A model generated the notes under the pieces. The model had not been told where the DNA came from and searched no databases. It worked only from the letters and a program-made list of their open reading frames with translations. DNA of 64,000 nucleotides from Verrucomicrobiia bacterium (lineage in GTDB: Bacteria > Verrucomicrobiota > Verrucomicrobiia > Limisphaerales > UBA1319), in contig OY760937.1 of assembly GCA_963664225.1 (NCBI GenBank), forward strand, positions 2,080,001-2,144,000. The letters run 5' to 3'. Of this stretch, positions 30,401-38,926 are shown in pieces. A program made the translations under genes and the position numbers. Each line of letters starts with the position of its first letter. Position 1 is the first letter of the stretch.

Positions 30401-30937
30401 AACCTCATGAATCACTCGATCCGTCACCGGCAAACAGGGTCCCGTGATGCGTTTCAAATCCAACCATTGAAACAGCAGGCGCATCGACATGATTCCACAG
30501 CCCGCGAGCCAGAACAGGCACACCCAGGGCAACCACGCGGGAGGCGACGCCTGGGGAGAAAACTTGATGGGGGTGGAATCATTCTCGAGTTTTGTGGGGA
30601 CTTGAGCCGTCTTTGGAAGAATGGGTTGGAGACTCGTTTGTGCCGCTACAGATAAAGGCGAGTTGTCCCCAATGGTTCCAATGGTCGATTGAGGCGCAGG
30701 GGCATTTGCCTTGTCTCGAACATCCATGACGGAGCCTGTGATCACGGCTCCCAGGACAATCGCCGCGAGCGAAACCAGGGAGACGGCGTATCGGAGGTTA
30801 GCACGGCCGGCGGGCAGCCTTCTCATGAAAAACCAAAGCGTCAGTGCAACGAGTGCTCCCTGCCAGAGCGAGTGGAACAACACCATCACCAGGCGGGACC
30901 ATCCTTCCGAGGTAAAATATTCAAGCAGCATGTTCAT
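27488..30937 (-). CDS. BlaR1-like M56 metallopeptidase with a long extracellular carboxypeptidase-regulatory-like repeat region
   Basis: HSLWQG, AHELAHIRRHDY, FFNPAVWW, EREACCD; repeats such as GRVLDDKNQPVPNARV and TDGDGRF. Confidence 0.9.
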   Translation of the reverse strand: MNMLLEYFTSEGWSRLVMVLFHSLWQGALVALTLWFFMRRLPAGRANLRYAVSLVSLAAIVLGAVITGSVMDVRDKANAPAPQSTIGTIGDNSPLSVAAQTSLQPILPKTAQVPTKLENDSTPIKFSPQASPPAWLPWVCLFWLAGCGIMSMRLLFQWLDLKRITGPCLPVTDRVIHEVLARLQGIMGMKQAIRILSGEHIAGPSIYGVIAPKLLLPPALLLGVPVEQLEAIIAHELAHIRRHDYLVNLAQQIVEAALFFNPAVWWINRQIRIEREACCDRLAVEVTGKPEAYAWSLEAWARKQREISMILAPAFGSERHPAGPLERLKRLLVSDYRPAVRLPWHSFVGMLLISGALFIGLCQGTHLAVGYAAELLTPTQRIEKMTQIQKVYGPQERSTGEVSPDQMVSVSGTVEFENGTPFGDEVHMQVFSGSPGYSTSSAARAVNGRFVFRIRPGKIQLAFNFPDCAPVILGPIEGKPGGKIEGLKAVARPGYSARIKCVDEQGGPLAGAKIDYQYVLGSSRCSYGVKTTGPDGIAVFDHLSTNTMYFQATRNGCEYDERELPCLKPGDPYVWKLATAKPTIGTVIAAETGKPVEGVRVHLFSRENKFQMGYGSVESAPVLATSTGDGRFQLDTLNRASTYTLVLETAGFAPLVVHDVTAGQSLNATLKPQIDIKGRIIGGLSLLSSNNPEASVTFTIQSDRSMSHSFGRVAPIQIRDGVGYFEFTNVIPGAIALKFGNIITNLEVASSIENFIIDLEKTASSSKIESGPMREVVLRMRVPKDHPAVTGPFNFNYWSDATRQGKNGTNSFTNGVARFSVPVPGGFSLQTTAIGSYWTEVIVMSVPAGATPYELTSDAVPSGVIYGKVVENDGTEASDTMVSVLEAAKSPLKKSECTLGVEPKNSSSSNDGPTRFSAQPLPLRGQYVILAHRRETYAVSNPIELTEAQPIREITIKLPPGQEVRGRVLDDKNQPVPNARVSLSLVSIYSGSFGNQGQLTDGDGGFKFEHVNPNVPGIYQVNVEHVPGFQPVNQKFNFNKLPLVVRLEKGLSLEGAVVDAATGDPIPNAQVTAMPPYDSKKNSNSLQATTDGDGRFKFTDMAAQEYVLMVSDGESPRTTVRGGQTTPVTLRVKPYSWSKLKPAKKASGF

Positions 30938-30954
30938 GGCAGGATGTTTGTAGG

Positions 30955-31335
30955 TTAACGTTTTTTGGAATGAGCATCCAACAAGTCCCGCATCTCCTGG
31001 ATTTCATCCTCGCTGACCGGCGTGGTTTGCAGCAGATGTTGCATGGCACTGGCGGCGCTGCCTCCAAAAACATTCGACACCAGTCCCCTCAGAAAAGTTC
31101 CAAGGACCTCGCTTTTCCTGACCGTGGGTGCATAGATATGCCGGTTGCCCTCGGTTTCATGCCGCAACAGCCCCTTCTTTTCCATGACCTGCATCACCGA
31201 GAGCACAGTGGTGTAAGCGCGCTCCTTTTTGTCCGGCAATTCCTCCAAAACCTGTCGCGCCCCCAGCGGACCCTTGGCCCACAACACCGAGAGAACCTGC
31301 ATTTCCAAATTGGACGGCTGTGCTTTTGTTTTCAT
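30955..31335 (-). CDS. BlaI/MecI/CopY-family repressor
   Basis: EMQVLSVLW, AYTTVLSVMQVMEKKG, FGGS. Confidence 0.93.
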   Translation of the reverse strand: MKTKAQPSNLEMQVLSVLWAKGPLGARQVLEELPDKKERAYTTVLSVMQVMEKKGLLRHETEGNRHIYAPTVRKSEVLGTFLRGLVSNVFGGSAASAMQHLLQTTPVSEDEIQEMRDLLDAHSKKR

Positions 31336-31380
31336 TGTTTCGGACTTGTTTAAATCGGGAGCGGCCCCGCAATTCTGAGA

Positions 31381-31410
31381 CTACTATATGCGTAGTAGAT
31401 ACGATGTCAA
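31381..31410 (-). promoter_or_regulatory. Sigma-70 promoter with overlapping palindromic operator for the BlaI-M56 operon
   Basis: Minus strand TTGACA-N16-TATAGT; palindrome CTACTA-N6-TAGTAG (31381-31398) covers the -10 box. Confidence 0.7.
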
Positions 31411-31504
31411 CAGTAGTGCGAAAATATTTTTCGAGCAGCCACCAAAATGAAATGGCCTTGCAGATGACCGGCGATGCAAAGCCTTGCCCTGTGCCGATGC
31501 ACGC

Positions 31505-32482
31505 TTATGCGGGCGGGGTATTCTCTTTTTCGCGATGCGTTTCTGGAATGGATGTCCTCGCGGTTTGATCAACACCGATTGAGTCTGAGTCCGGACCATT
31601 CCAAGGCTCAGGATGCACGGTGACATCCGCATTGGGAATGTTTTGTTGCACCCGTTCCTCGATCTGGTCCATGACCTGATGCACTTTTCTCAGCGCCATG
31701 TTTCCGTCCAGGGACACATGAACGTCGATGAAAAGCTGCGGCCCGGAAGTGCGCGCCCGCACCGCGTGACAGTCTTTGACTTCGCTCATCGACTCCACCA
31801 TGTCCTTGACTTTTTCGGCCATTCCCGCCGGGGCGGCGTCGAGCAGGCCCTCGACGCTCCGAAGCCCCAATCTCATGCTCACGTAAATCACCAGGATGGC
31901 CACCCCCAATGCCGCCACCGCGTCGGCCCTTTGCAGAAATGCCAGTTCCGGGAACCAGTCCGCCACCTTCACGCCAAGCAGTCCAAACAAAACCACCGCC
32001 GAACTCCAGATGTCCGTGCTGAAATGCAGGGCATCCGCTTCCAGGGCCTGGCTGTTGTGTTTGCGCGCCACCCGGTAAAGCATCCGGGATCGCCCAATGT
32101 CCACGGCAATCGAGATTCCCATCACCGCAAAGGTCCAGATCGACGCATCGATGTGTACCTGTCTGACCACCAGCCGGTCGTAGGCCTCGTGGATGATCCA
32201 AATGCACGTGACCAGCAGTAGAATCGTTTCGATCAAGGCGGATAAATTCTCCACCTTGCCGTGTCCGTAGAGGTGTTTTCGATCAGCCGGTTTTCCGGAG
32301 ATCCAGACGGCAATGCAGGTGACCAAAGCCGCCAGCAGGTCCAACGCCGAATGGGCCGCCTCGGCCAAAATACCCAGGCTGCCGCTGAGCAACCCGATCA
32401 CCAATTTGACCGTGGTCAGGAAAACGGCCGCCACGACCGAACTCAATGCGGCCGTGTTTTTTTCATGTTCAGCTCCATTCAT
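31505..32482 (-). CDS. Cation diffusion facilitator transporter (FieF-like)
   Basis: AEAAHSALD, HLYGHGKVE, ADALHFSTD, VTVHPEP. Confidence 0.92.
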   Translation of the reverse strand: MNGAEHEKNTAALSSVVAAVFLTTVKLVIGLLSGSLGILAEAAHSALDLLAALVTCIAVWISGKPADRKHLYGHGKVENLSALIETILLLVTCIWIIHEAYDRLVVRQVHIDASIWTFAVMGISIAVDIGRSRMLYRVARKHNSQALEADALHFSTDIWSSAVVLFGLLGVKVADWFPELAFLQRADAVAALGVAILVIYVSMRLGLRSVEGLLDAAPAGMAEKVKDMVESMSEVKDCHAVRARTSGPQLFIDVHVSLDGNMALRKVHQVMDQIEERVQQNIPNADVTVHPEPWNGPDSDSIGVDQTARTSIPETHREKENTPPA

Positions 32483-32656
32483 ACCCCGCCTCTGACCCCG
32501 GCGCCGCCATCACAGGTAGATCCAGCGGCACATTCCCGGATATCGCGGTTCAGGACAATCCACCCGTCTGATGATGCAAAAGGGTCATTCTCCCGCGCCT
32601 CTGCAATATACAACAAAATGGATAAGGGCGAGCGGGTCACGCGCTCACTCTGTCAA

Positions 32657-33460
32657 TCACTGCGGGATGTTCACCGTCTGACCCGTCTTGATTTTCCTGG
32701 GGTCCAGTTGCGGATTGGCGTGCATCAAGGTAGGCAGGCGCACGTTGTATTTGCGGGCGATTTTGGCCAGCGTCTCGCCGGATTGCACGGTATGAATTTT
32801 ATAGGGCTTGGCGGTAGTTGAGGACGGCACCGACATGCTGCGGATATTTGCGGCTGGCGTGCTGCGCACCGTTGAGGCCGGAGTCGCCGGAGTGCGCGGC
32901 GGCTCGAATGCCGGATTGCTGACAGAGCCAGGGCCGGCGTTGCTGGCCGATTGCGCCGTGTAGGCGCGGTTTGTGGAGAGATAGCCGACCTGCTGCGTGA
33001 GTTGCTCGATCCGCTGGCGCAAAAGGCGATTTTCAGTCGTAATCCGCTCAAAATCATGTTGCAAAGTCGGCGTGATCGGACCCATGGGCAGCGATTTGAC
33101 CAATTCCTGTTTGCAGCCCAGAATCCGCTGCCGGATCAACTCCGCGTTGCTGGCATTCGGACGCAGCTTCAGGTAGCGCTCCCCGTGATAAATGGCCGCC
33201 GGATAATCGATCGCCTTCTGCTCATACAGATAGAACAGTTCGAAATGCGCCACGGCGTTCTCCGGATTCACTTCCAGAGCCTTGTTGAAGGCCTCGACCG
33301 CCCCCTGATAATCCAGGCTTTTCTCGAGATTCTTGCCCTGAACGACATGCGGATCCTTCAACTCGTCCTGATCGCTGCCCGGTTCCTCCAGGCAGCCCGC
33401 GCAAACCAGAGCGAGCCCAACCATGATCATCCATCGATATGCAGACACTGCCAAACTCAT
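32657..33460 (-). CDS. TPR + LysM lipoprotein
   Basis: Lipobox CAGC; TPR-like helices; C-terminal LysM HTVQSGETLAKIARKYNV...GQTVNIP. Confidence 0.88.
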   Translation of the reverse strand: MSLAVSAYRWMIMVGLALVCAGCLEEPGSDQDELKDPHVVQGKNLEKSLDYQGAVEAFNKALEVNPENAVAHFELFYLYEQKAIDYPAAIYHGERYLKLRPNASNAELIRQRILGCKQELVKSLPMGPITPTLQHDFERITTENRLLRQRIEQLTQQVGYLSTNRAYTAQSASNAGPGSVSNPAFEPPRTPATPASTVRSTPAANIRSMSVPSSTTAKPYKIHTVQSGETLAKIARKYNVRLPTLMHANPQLDPRKIKTGQTVNIPQ

Positions 33461-33607
33461 GGCGCGAAACTAATCAAACCCGGCCCGCAGCGCAATGACA
33501 GGTTGAACGGCGGCGTGGAGGAGGACATTCTTGCATGCATCGCCTATGCTTCTAAGTCGTCGCGAGAATCCTCTGTCACTGTGGCCTGCCTCTCTAAAGC
33601 ATTAAGA

Positions 33608-33628
33608 AAGGGGGCCGTTTGGCCCCCA
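33608..33628 (-). terminator. Probable intrinsic terminator after the aldo/keto reductase gene
   Basis: GGGGCC-AAAC-GGCCCC hairpin followed by TTTCTT on the minus strand. Confidence 0.5.
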
Positions 33629-33674
33629 GATTCGTGACAAATCAGGCTCTTAAAACCTGCTTACGCCCGCCCTT

Positions 33675-34580
33675 TTACACCTTCGAAATCCGTTCGATCG
33701 TGTCGTCGGTTTCCGAGGTTTTGAGCGTGCCGATGGTGATGGCATCCACGAGGTTGTTGTTGAAGACAAACTTCAGCGACGTGTCTTTTTCCTCGGGTTT
33801 CACGAGTTTGCCTGCCCCGAATATCTTCATGCCGATGACCGCCTTGCCGTTCTTACGCGCGGTTTTCAACACATCGGAGACCTGCTCTGCGGTGCCGTCC
33901 ATCGAATATTCCGCCCCACCCTTGTAGTTGATGCGCGCCAGGATCAAGTCCACCCAGGGGTGGCTGGCCGCGACTTCCATGGCTCCAAAATGATGGCAGG
34001 ACACGCCCACAGCGCGCACCACACCTTTCTGCTTCAATTCGGAAAGTTCGTCCCGGATACGCTCGAATTTATCCGCCCAATCCTTTTCCATCATGCAATG
34101 AATGAGACAGATATCGATCATCTCCACATTCAATTCCTTGCGAAAGCGATCCAGCTCCACCTTCGCGCCGCCCGATGAAGCGTTCCAGTCCTCCTTGCGG
34201 GGCCAGAGCTTGGTCATCATGGTGAACTTGTCCCGGGGCAGATCCTTGATGGTGTCGCGCACAAAGGAATGCGTTCCGTAGAGGTCCGCCATGTCCATGA
34301 ACACCACGCCCTCGTCCACAGCGTGACGCACCACCTTCTCGAACGCCGGCTTGCCCATGCGCGTCAACTCGGAGGATTGCCGGTAACCATTGAAGCCGGT
34401 TCCCTGGGCCAGGCGCGATGTCTTGATGCCCGTGCGCCCGAGTGTGACCATGTCCGTCGCTTTGATGGATCCCGCTGCCGGAGCGGTATCCGCCCCGTAG
34501 ATCAGGGATGGGGCTGCCGCCATGAGTCCGGCGCCCGCGATTGTGGATTTGATGAACTGCCGCCTGCTGCAATTTCGCAT
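33675..34580 (-). CDS. Tat-exported aldo/keto reductase
   Basis: SRRQFI Tat motif; LGRTG, DMADLYG, GVSCH, GMKIFG. Confidence 0.88.
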   Translation of the reverse strand: MRNCSRRQFIKSTIAGAGLMAAAPSLIYGADTAPAAGSIKATDMVTLGRTGIKTSRLAQGTGFNGYRQSSELTRMGKPAFEKVVRHAVDEGVVFMDMADLYGTHSFVRDTIKDLPRDKFTMMTKLWPRKEDWNASSGGAKVELDRFRKELNVEMIDICLIHCMMEKDWADKFERIRDELSELKQKGVVRAVGVSCHHFGAMEVAASHPWVDLILARINYKGGAEYSMDGTAEQVSDVLKTARKNGKAVIGMKIFGAGKLVKPEEKDTSLKFVFNNNLVDAITIGTLKTSETDDTIERISKV

Positions 34581-34675
34581 AAGTCTTGTTCCTCTGTCGC
34601 TTTGTTAAGACTGGGTTTCTGGACGTGTTATTTGCCACAGTCTAAATCTGGTCGGCGATTGCGGCAAATGGTTTC

Positions 34676-36316
34676 TTAAGCCCAATACTTCCAGTCCACA
34701 TCCGGGAAAACCCCATCCTCTGCAGCCCAGGCGTCAAGAACCGCGGCGTCGATCCGGCGCGTGCGGATTTGGGCTCCGATCTCATCGAACCGCCCCAGAT
34801 GTGTCAGCAAACGCTGTCGCGCGTAACCGGCGTTCGCCCCCGCGCGAATTTGGAAGGGCCAATCGCTGGCCTGGGCCAGCAGCAGTTCGTTTGCGGCCAG
34901 TTTCATCGCCTTTGAAATTCCGGCGGCGAATGCAGGCGACTTGCCCGAATAAATCGATCTTTCCAAAGCTGACGCATGGCGCGCGTTCGCAATCATCCTC
35001 TCCTGCGCCTTCAGGAGCCGTGGATAAATCCACGCGTTTTCCGCATTGAGCCAGACCCGCCAGTAACCCGCCTCGCCCCAGCTCGAAGCCCCCGGTTTCG
35101 CTGTCTGGTGCGTGGCATAATCCGCCAGATACTGGCTGGGGGTAGCCAGCGCGGGAGCCTCTGGCCGTTGCGCCGCCAGGCGTCCCAAACGGTCGATGAA
35201 CTCCGGTCCCTCAAACCACCAGTGCCCGAACAACTCCGCATCGTAAGGCGCGGTCATCACCGGCGCGCGTCCCATCAAGGGCGCCAACTGCCGCATGTGC
35301 TCAGCACGCGCCTCCAGAAAATGCGATGCGTGTTCATTCACCACAGCCAGCGCCGCCGCGCGGTCATAGATTCTTTTCTCCGACCCCGCCCCTGTAATGG
35401 CGTGATACTTCATGCCGGTGAACCCGCGATGATCCGGGGACGGCAGCCACGGCTGGACATATTCGAAATCCATGTCGAAACCGATATCGCGGTAGAAATC
35501 ACGGTAGCGATAATCCCCGGGATACCCTCCGTGGCGGCTCCAGACCTGCTGGGCGCTGTCGATGTCCCGTCCGAAAACCGCCAGGCCTGACGGGGTCCAG
35601 AGCGGCGCGAATAGGCCATGCACCGGCCGGGGCGAGGCGTGCAGCACTCCGTGGGATTCGAGCACAAACCATTGCAACCCCGCATCCCGCAAGGCCGGTT
35701 CCACCTCCGGCACATAGGCGCATTCCGGCAGCCAGATGCCGCGCGGGGCACGCCCAAAACATTTTGCATAATGATCGCAGGCCACGCGCACTTGCGCGCG
35801 AATGGCCGTCGGATGCGTTGCCAGCAAAGGGAGCACGGCATGCGTGGCCGCACAGGTGATGATCTCGATGATATCCGCGTCCTGCAATCGCCGGAACGCA
35901 TTCACCAGGTTGCCGCCGTGCGAATCCCACGTCTTGAGCAGCCCCAGGAACCGGTCCAGATACATTTGCGCCACGGAACGCTGGGCCGCATCCCAATGGT
36001 GGCGGATGACTTCCTTTTCCGCCAACAGGATCAGGCCCTCGAGGCGTTTGCGGTAACGGCTGCGCAGGAGCGGATCCAGAAGCATCGCGCACAACGTCGG
36101 GGAAAGCGTCCACGTCAGCCGCGTGGGCAGTCCGTCCCGCTCCCAGCCTTCCAGGACTTGGATCAGCGGCAGGTAGCACTCCGTGATCGCCTCGTAAAAC
36201 CAGCTTTCCTCGAGGAACCGCTCATGCTCCGGATGGCGCACGAAAGGCAGATGCGCATGCAGCAGGAGCAGCAGGAAACCCGGTCGCGCGGAATTTGTTT
36301 TCAGGGGAACGATCAC
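34676..36316 (-). CDS. GH57 1,4-alpha-glucan branching enzyme (DUF1957)
   Basis: HAHLPFVRHP, GIWLPECAY, PYDAELFGHWWFEG, ELLLAQASDWPF. Confidence 0.92.
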   Translation of the reverse strand: MIVPLKTNSARPGFLLLLLHAHLPFVRHPEHERFLEESWFYEAITECYLPLIQVLEGWERDGLPTRLTWTLSPTLCAMLLDPLLRSRYRKRLEGLILLAEKEVIRHHWDAAQRSVAQMYLDRFLGLLKTWDSHGGNLVNAFRRLQDADIIEIITCAATHAVLPLLATHPTAIRAQVRVACDHYAKCFGRAPRGIWLPECAYVPEVEPALRDAGLQWFVLESHGVLHASPRPVHGLFAPLWTPSGLAVFGRDIDSAQQVWSRHGGYPGDYRYRDFYRDIGFDMDFEYVQPWLPSPDHRGFTGMKYHAITGAGSEKRIYDRAAALAVVNEHASHFLEARAEHMRQLAPLMGRAPVMTAPYDAELFGHWWFEGPEFIDRLGRLAAQRPEAPALATPSQYLADYATHQTAKPGASSWGEAGYWRVWLNAENAWIYPRLLKAQERMIANARHASALERSIYSGKSPAFAAGISKAMKLAANELLLAQASDWPFQIRAGANAGYARQRLLTHLGRFDEIGAQIRTRRIDAAVLDAWAAEDGVFPDVDWKYWA

Positions 36317-36420
36317 ACCAATTCCTGTTCCATTATCGCAGCGCGCAGTTTCGCCTTTGGGGTGGTCATGGTCCTGAGAATATCACCTTGGAACGCTGCG
36401 GGCAAATGCTCGCCATGCAT

Positions 36421-36450
36421 AAAAAAAGAGCGGGAAAAATCCCGCTCTTT
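36421..36450 (-). terminator. Intrinsic terminator after fba
   Basis: AAAGAGCGGGA/TCCCGCTCTTT stem followed by a T-run on the minus strand. Confidence 0.8.
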
Positions 36451-36487
36451 GCGTAAAACCAAATTAAGCCGGCTGGCGGCTCGCCGC

Positions 36488-37453
36488 CTAGTCGAAAGCG
36501 TGACCGGCGCAGCAAAGCACGTCACGGACCTTATGACGAACCAGCACCTTGACGTTCTCACGGGCCGGACTGAGGTATTTGCGGGGATCGAATTCCTTCG
36601 GGGTTTCAGCGAACACCTTGCGGATGCCGGCGGTCATCGCCAGGCGCAGGTCGGTGTCGATGTTGACCTTGGTGCATCCCACGCGGCGGGCGATTTCGAT
36701 GTCCGCCTCGGGAACGCCGGCGGTGTCTTCACCCATCTTGCCGCCGTATTTGTTGATCTCCAGAACCAATTCACGGGGCACGCTCGAAGCTCCATGGAGC
36801 ACCAGCGGATAATCGCCCAGATTGGCTTCCAACAGCGCCTTCTTGATCGCTTTCAAGCGTTCGAGGTCCAGGTGCTGGGTGCCCTTGAATTTGTAGGCGC
36901 CGTGCGAATTGCCGATGGCCACGGCCAGGGAATCGCAACCGGTGGCTCTGACGAATTGAACCGCTTCCTCAGGGTTGGTGTAAACACCGCTGTGTGAGAA
37001 GCCACCCGTGGCTTCGCCGTCGTCGTGCTGGGCGCCCACGAGCTTGCCCAGTTCGCCTTCGACCACACCGTTGTATTTGTGGGCGTATTCCACCACTTTC
37101 TTGGTCACTTCGATGTTTTTCTCCATCGGGAGATGGCTGCCATCGATCATGACGCTGGTGAATCCTTCATCGATGCATTCCTTGCACAGTTCGAAGGTGT
37201 CGCCATGGTCCAGATGGACCGCGATGGGAATCGTGGTGAGGCTGACGGCCGCTTCGATGAGCTTCTTCAAATAAACAGGATTCGCGTATTGGCGCGCGCC
37301 CTTTGAGATTTGAAGGATCAGCGGCGCTTTTTCTTCCTCGCAGGCTTCCACAATAGCCTGGAGTAATTCCATGTTGTTGACATTGAACGCGCCCAGCGCG
37401 TACTTGCCTTTCAACGCCTTGGCGAACAAATCACGTGTATGAGTCAGTGGCAT
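36488..37453 (-). CDS. fba: Class II fructose-bisphosphate aldolase
   Basis: GAFNVNNME, HLDHG, SVMIDGSH, GNSHGAYK, VLHGASS, KVNIDTD, FDPRKYL; start MPLTHT at 37453. Confidence 0.95.
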   Translation of the reverse strand: MPLTHTRDLFAKALKGKYALGAFNVNNMELLQAIVEACEEEKAPLILQISKGARQYANPVYLKKLIEAAVSLTTIPIAVHLDHGDTFELCKECIDEGFTSVMIDGSHLPMEKNIEVTKKVVEYAHKYNGVVEGELGKLVGAQHDDGEATGGFSHSGVYTNPEEAVQFVRATGCDSLAVAIGNSHGAYKFKGTQHLDLERLKAIKKALLEANLGDYPLVLHGASSVPRELVLEINKYGGKMGEDTAGVPEADIEIARRVGCTKVNIDTDLRLAMTAGIRKVFAETPKEFDPRKYLSPARENVKVLVRHKVRDVLCCAGHAFD

Positions 37454-37759
37454 ATATCTTTCTTTCTTATTGCGTACATTCGCAAGAAACTTGCGATTGG
37501 TGGCGGATACTAAAAGAACCCCGCAAAAAAGGAAAACAAAATCTTGGTGTCCAAAAAAGTCCAAAACTGTCCGTTGAAATGGCATTTTTATTGATTTGGA
37601 AGAAAAACGGCTTATTATGTGGAAGAGCCACTCAAGCTGGGATCAAGGTTTCCAGCGCGCCAGATGTTCAAGCGTTGCGTGCACCGCATGCATTTGGTGC
37701 GGCAGTGGCGCCAATTTCAAAATCTAAATCAGGGTTTAATCCCGTTTTCGGATGCACTT

Positions 37760-38836
37760 ATGAAAGCAATGCTCAAAACCTGTCTGGTCGCTGCCGGCCT
37801 GATTTTCGCACTCCCATCGGCCTTTGCCCAGCCAGTCATGATCGGTTACACCAACTGTGTCGCCGTCTCCTCCTATTCCCAGTCGCTCATCAACGACATC
37901 ACACGGTTCCGCTGGTTTTTTGCCCATGCCTCCGTCGGCGGCAACATGATCGACGGAATCGACATGCTGCGGCAATCCAACCGAAATCAATTCCCATTGA
38001 TCCCAGTTTCCGAGGACGAAATGCCCCCGGCTTCAACCCAAAATGGCGCCCTCTATGAATTCATGCGGGGTAATCCCGGCGCGCAGGAAAAGTTCGACTC
38101 TTTTGGCGCCTACGTCACCAACGGTTGGCGCTACCCCAAAGTCAATCTGGTTCTCGATAAACTCTGCTATATCGATCAAGAAGCCGACCTCGGTTATTAC
38201 CTTGCCTCCATGGCCAGGCTGGAAGCCGCCTTCCCGGAAACGGTGTTCGTCTATATGACCATGCCCCTCACAACGGATACCGACGAAAATAATCTCAAGC
38301 GCAACATTTACAACGACGGCGTGCGGGACTGGACCCGGACCAACAACCTCGTCCTGTTCGACATTGCGGACATGGAAGCCCATGACACCAACGGCGTTCC
38401 CTCCGAGTTCACCTACAGCGGCCGCGTCTGCCAGCGTTTGTGCGACACCTATTCCAGCGATGGCGGGCATATGAATGACGCTGGAAAGGTTTTGACGGCG
38501 AATGGCTTCTACGCCCTGGGAGCCGCCCTGCTCGCCGTGGACCGCGACCGCGACGGAATGAGCGACGGCTTGGAGTTGATCGCCGGAACCGTACCGACGA
38601 GCGCATCTTCCGTATTTAATTTGCAGGCTTCGACCGCACCCGAAGGAGGCGTCGCCTTGAGTTGGCCGGGCACCACCAATCGCTTATACACCCTGCAACG
38701 CGGCACCAACCTCATGGTCCCGGAGAGCTTCACGAACATCGTGACTGATCTCCTCGCCACGCCCCCGTCAAACAGCTACACGGATTCTTTTACCGAAACC
38801 GGACCATTCTTTTACCGGCTTCAGGTCAAACAGTAA
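37760..38836 (+). CDS. Secreted hypothetical protein (SGNH-like core) with a DxDxDG motif and C-terminal FYR module
   Basis: Signal peptide; HASVGGN, KLCYID, DGGH; DRDRDGMSDGLELIAGTVP; ends FFYRLQVKQ. Confidence 0.7.
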   Translation: MKAMLKTCLVAAGLIFALPSAFAQPVMIGYTNCVAVSSYSQSLINDITRFRWFFAHASVGGNMIDGIDMLRQSNRNQFPLIPVSEDEMPPASTQNGALYEFMRGNPGAQEKFDSFGAYVTNGWRYPKVNLVLDKLCYIDQEADLGYYLASMARLEAAFPETVFVYMTMPLTTDTDENNLKRNIYNDGVRDWTRTNNLVLFDIADMEAHDTNGVPSEFTYSGRVCQRLCDTYSSDGGHMNDAGKVLTANGFYALGAALLAVDRDRDGMSDGLELIAGTVPTSASSVFNLQASTAPEGGVALSWPGTTNRLYTLQRGTNLMVPESFTNIVTDLLATPPSNSYTDSFTETGPFFYRLQVKQ

Positions 38837-38926
38837 GGAAAACACCGCCGGGTCCTCTGACCCGGCCCGGCGTGTTTGGGCGGCTTCTTGCGAAGGCCGC
38901 TCATCTCTTTCCATCCGCCCTGTGCC

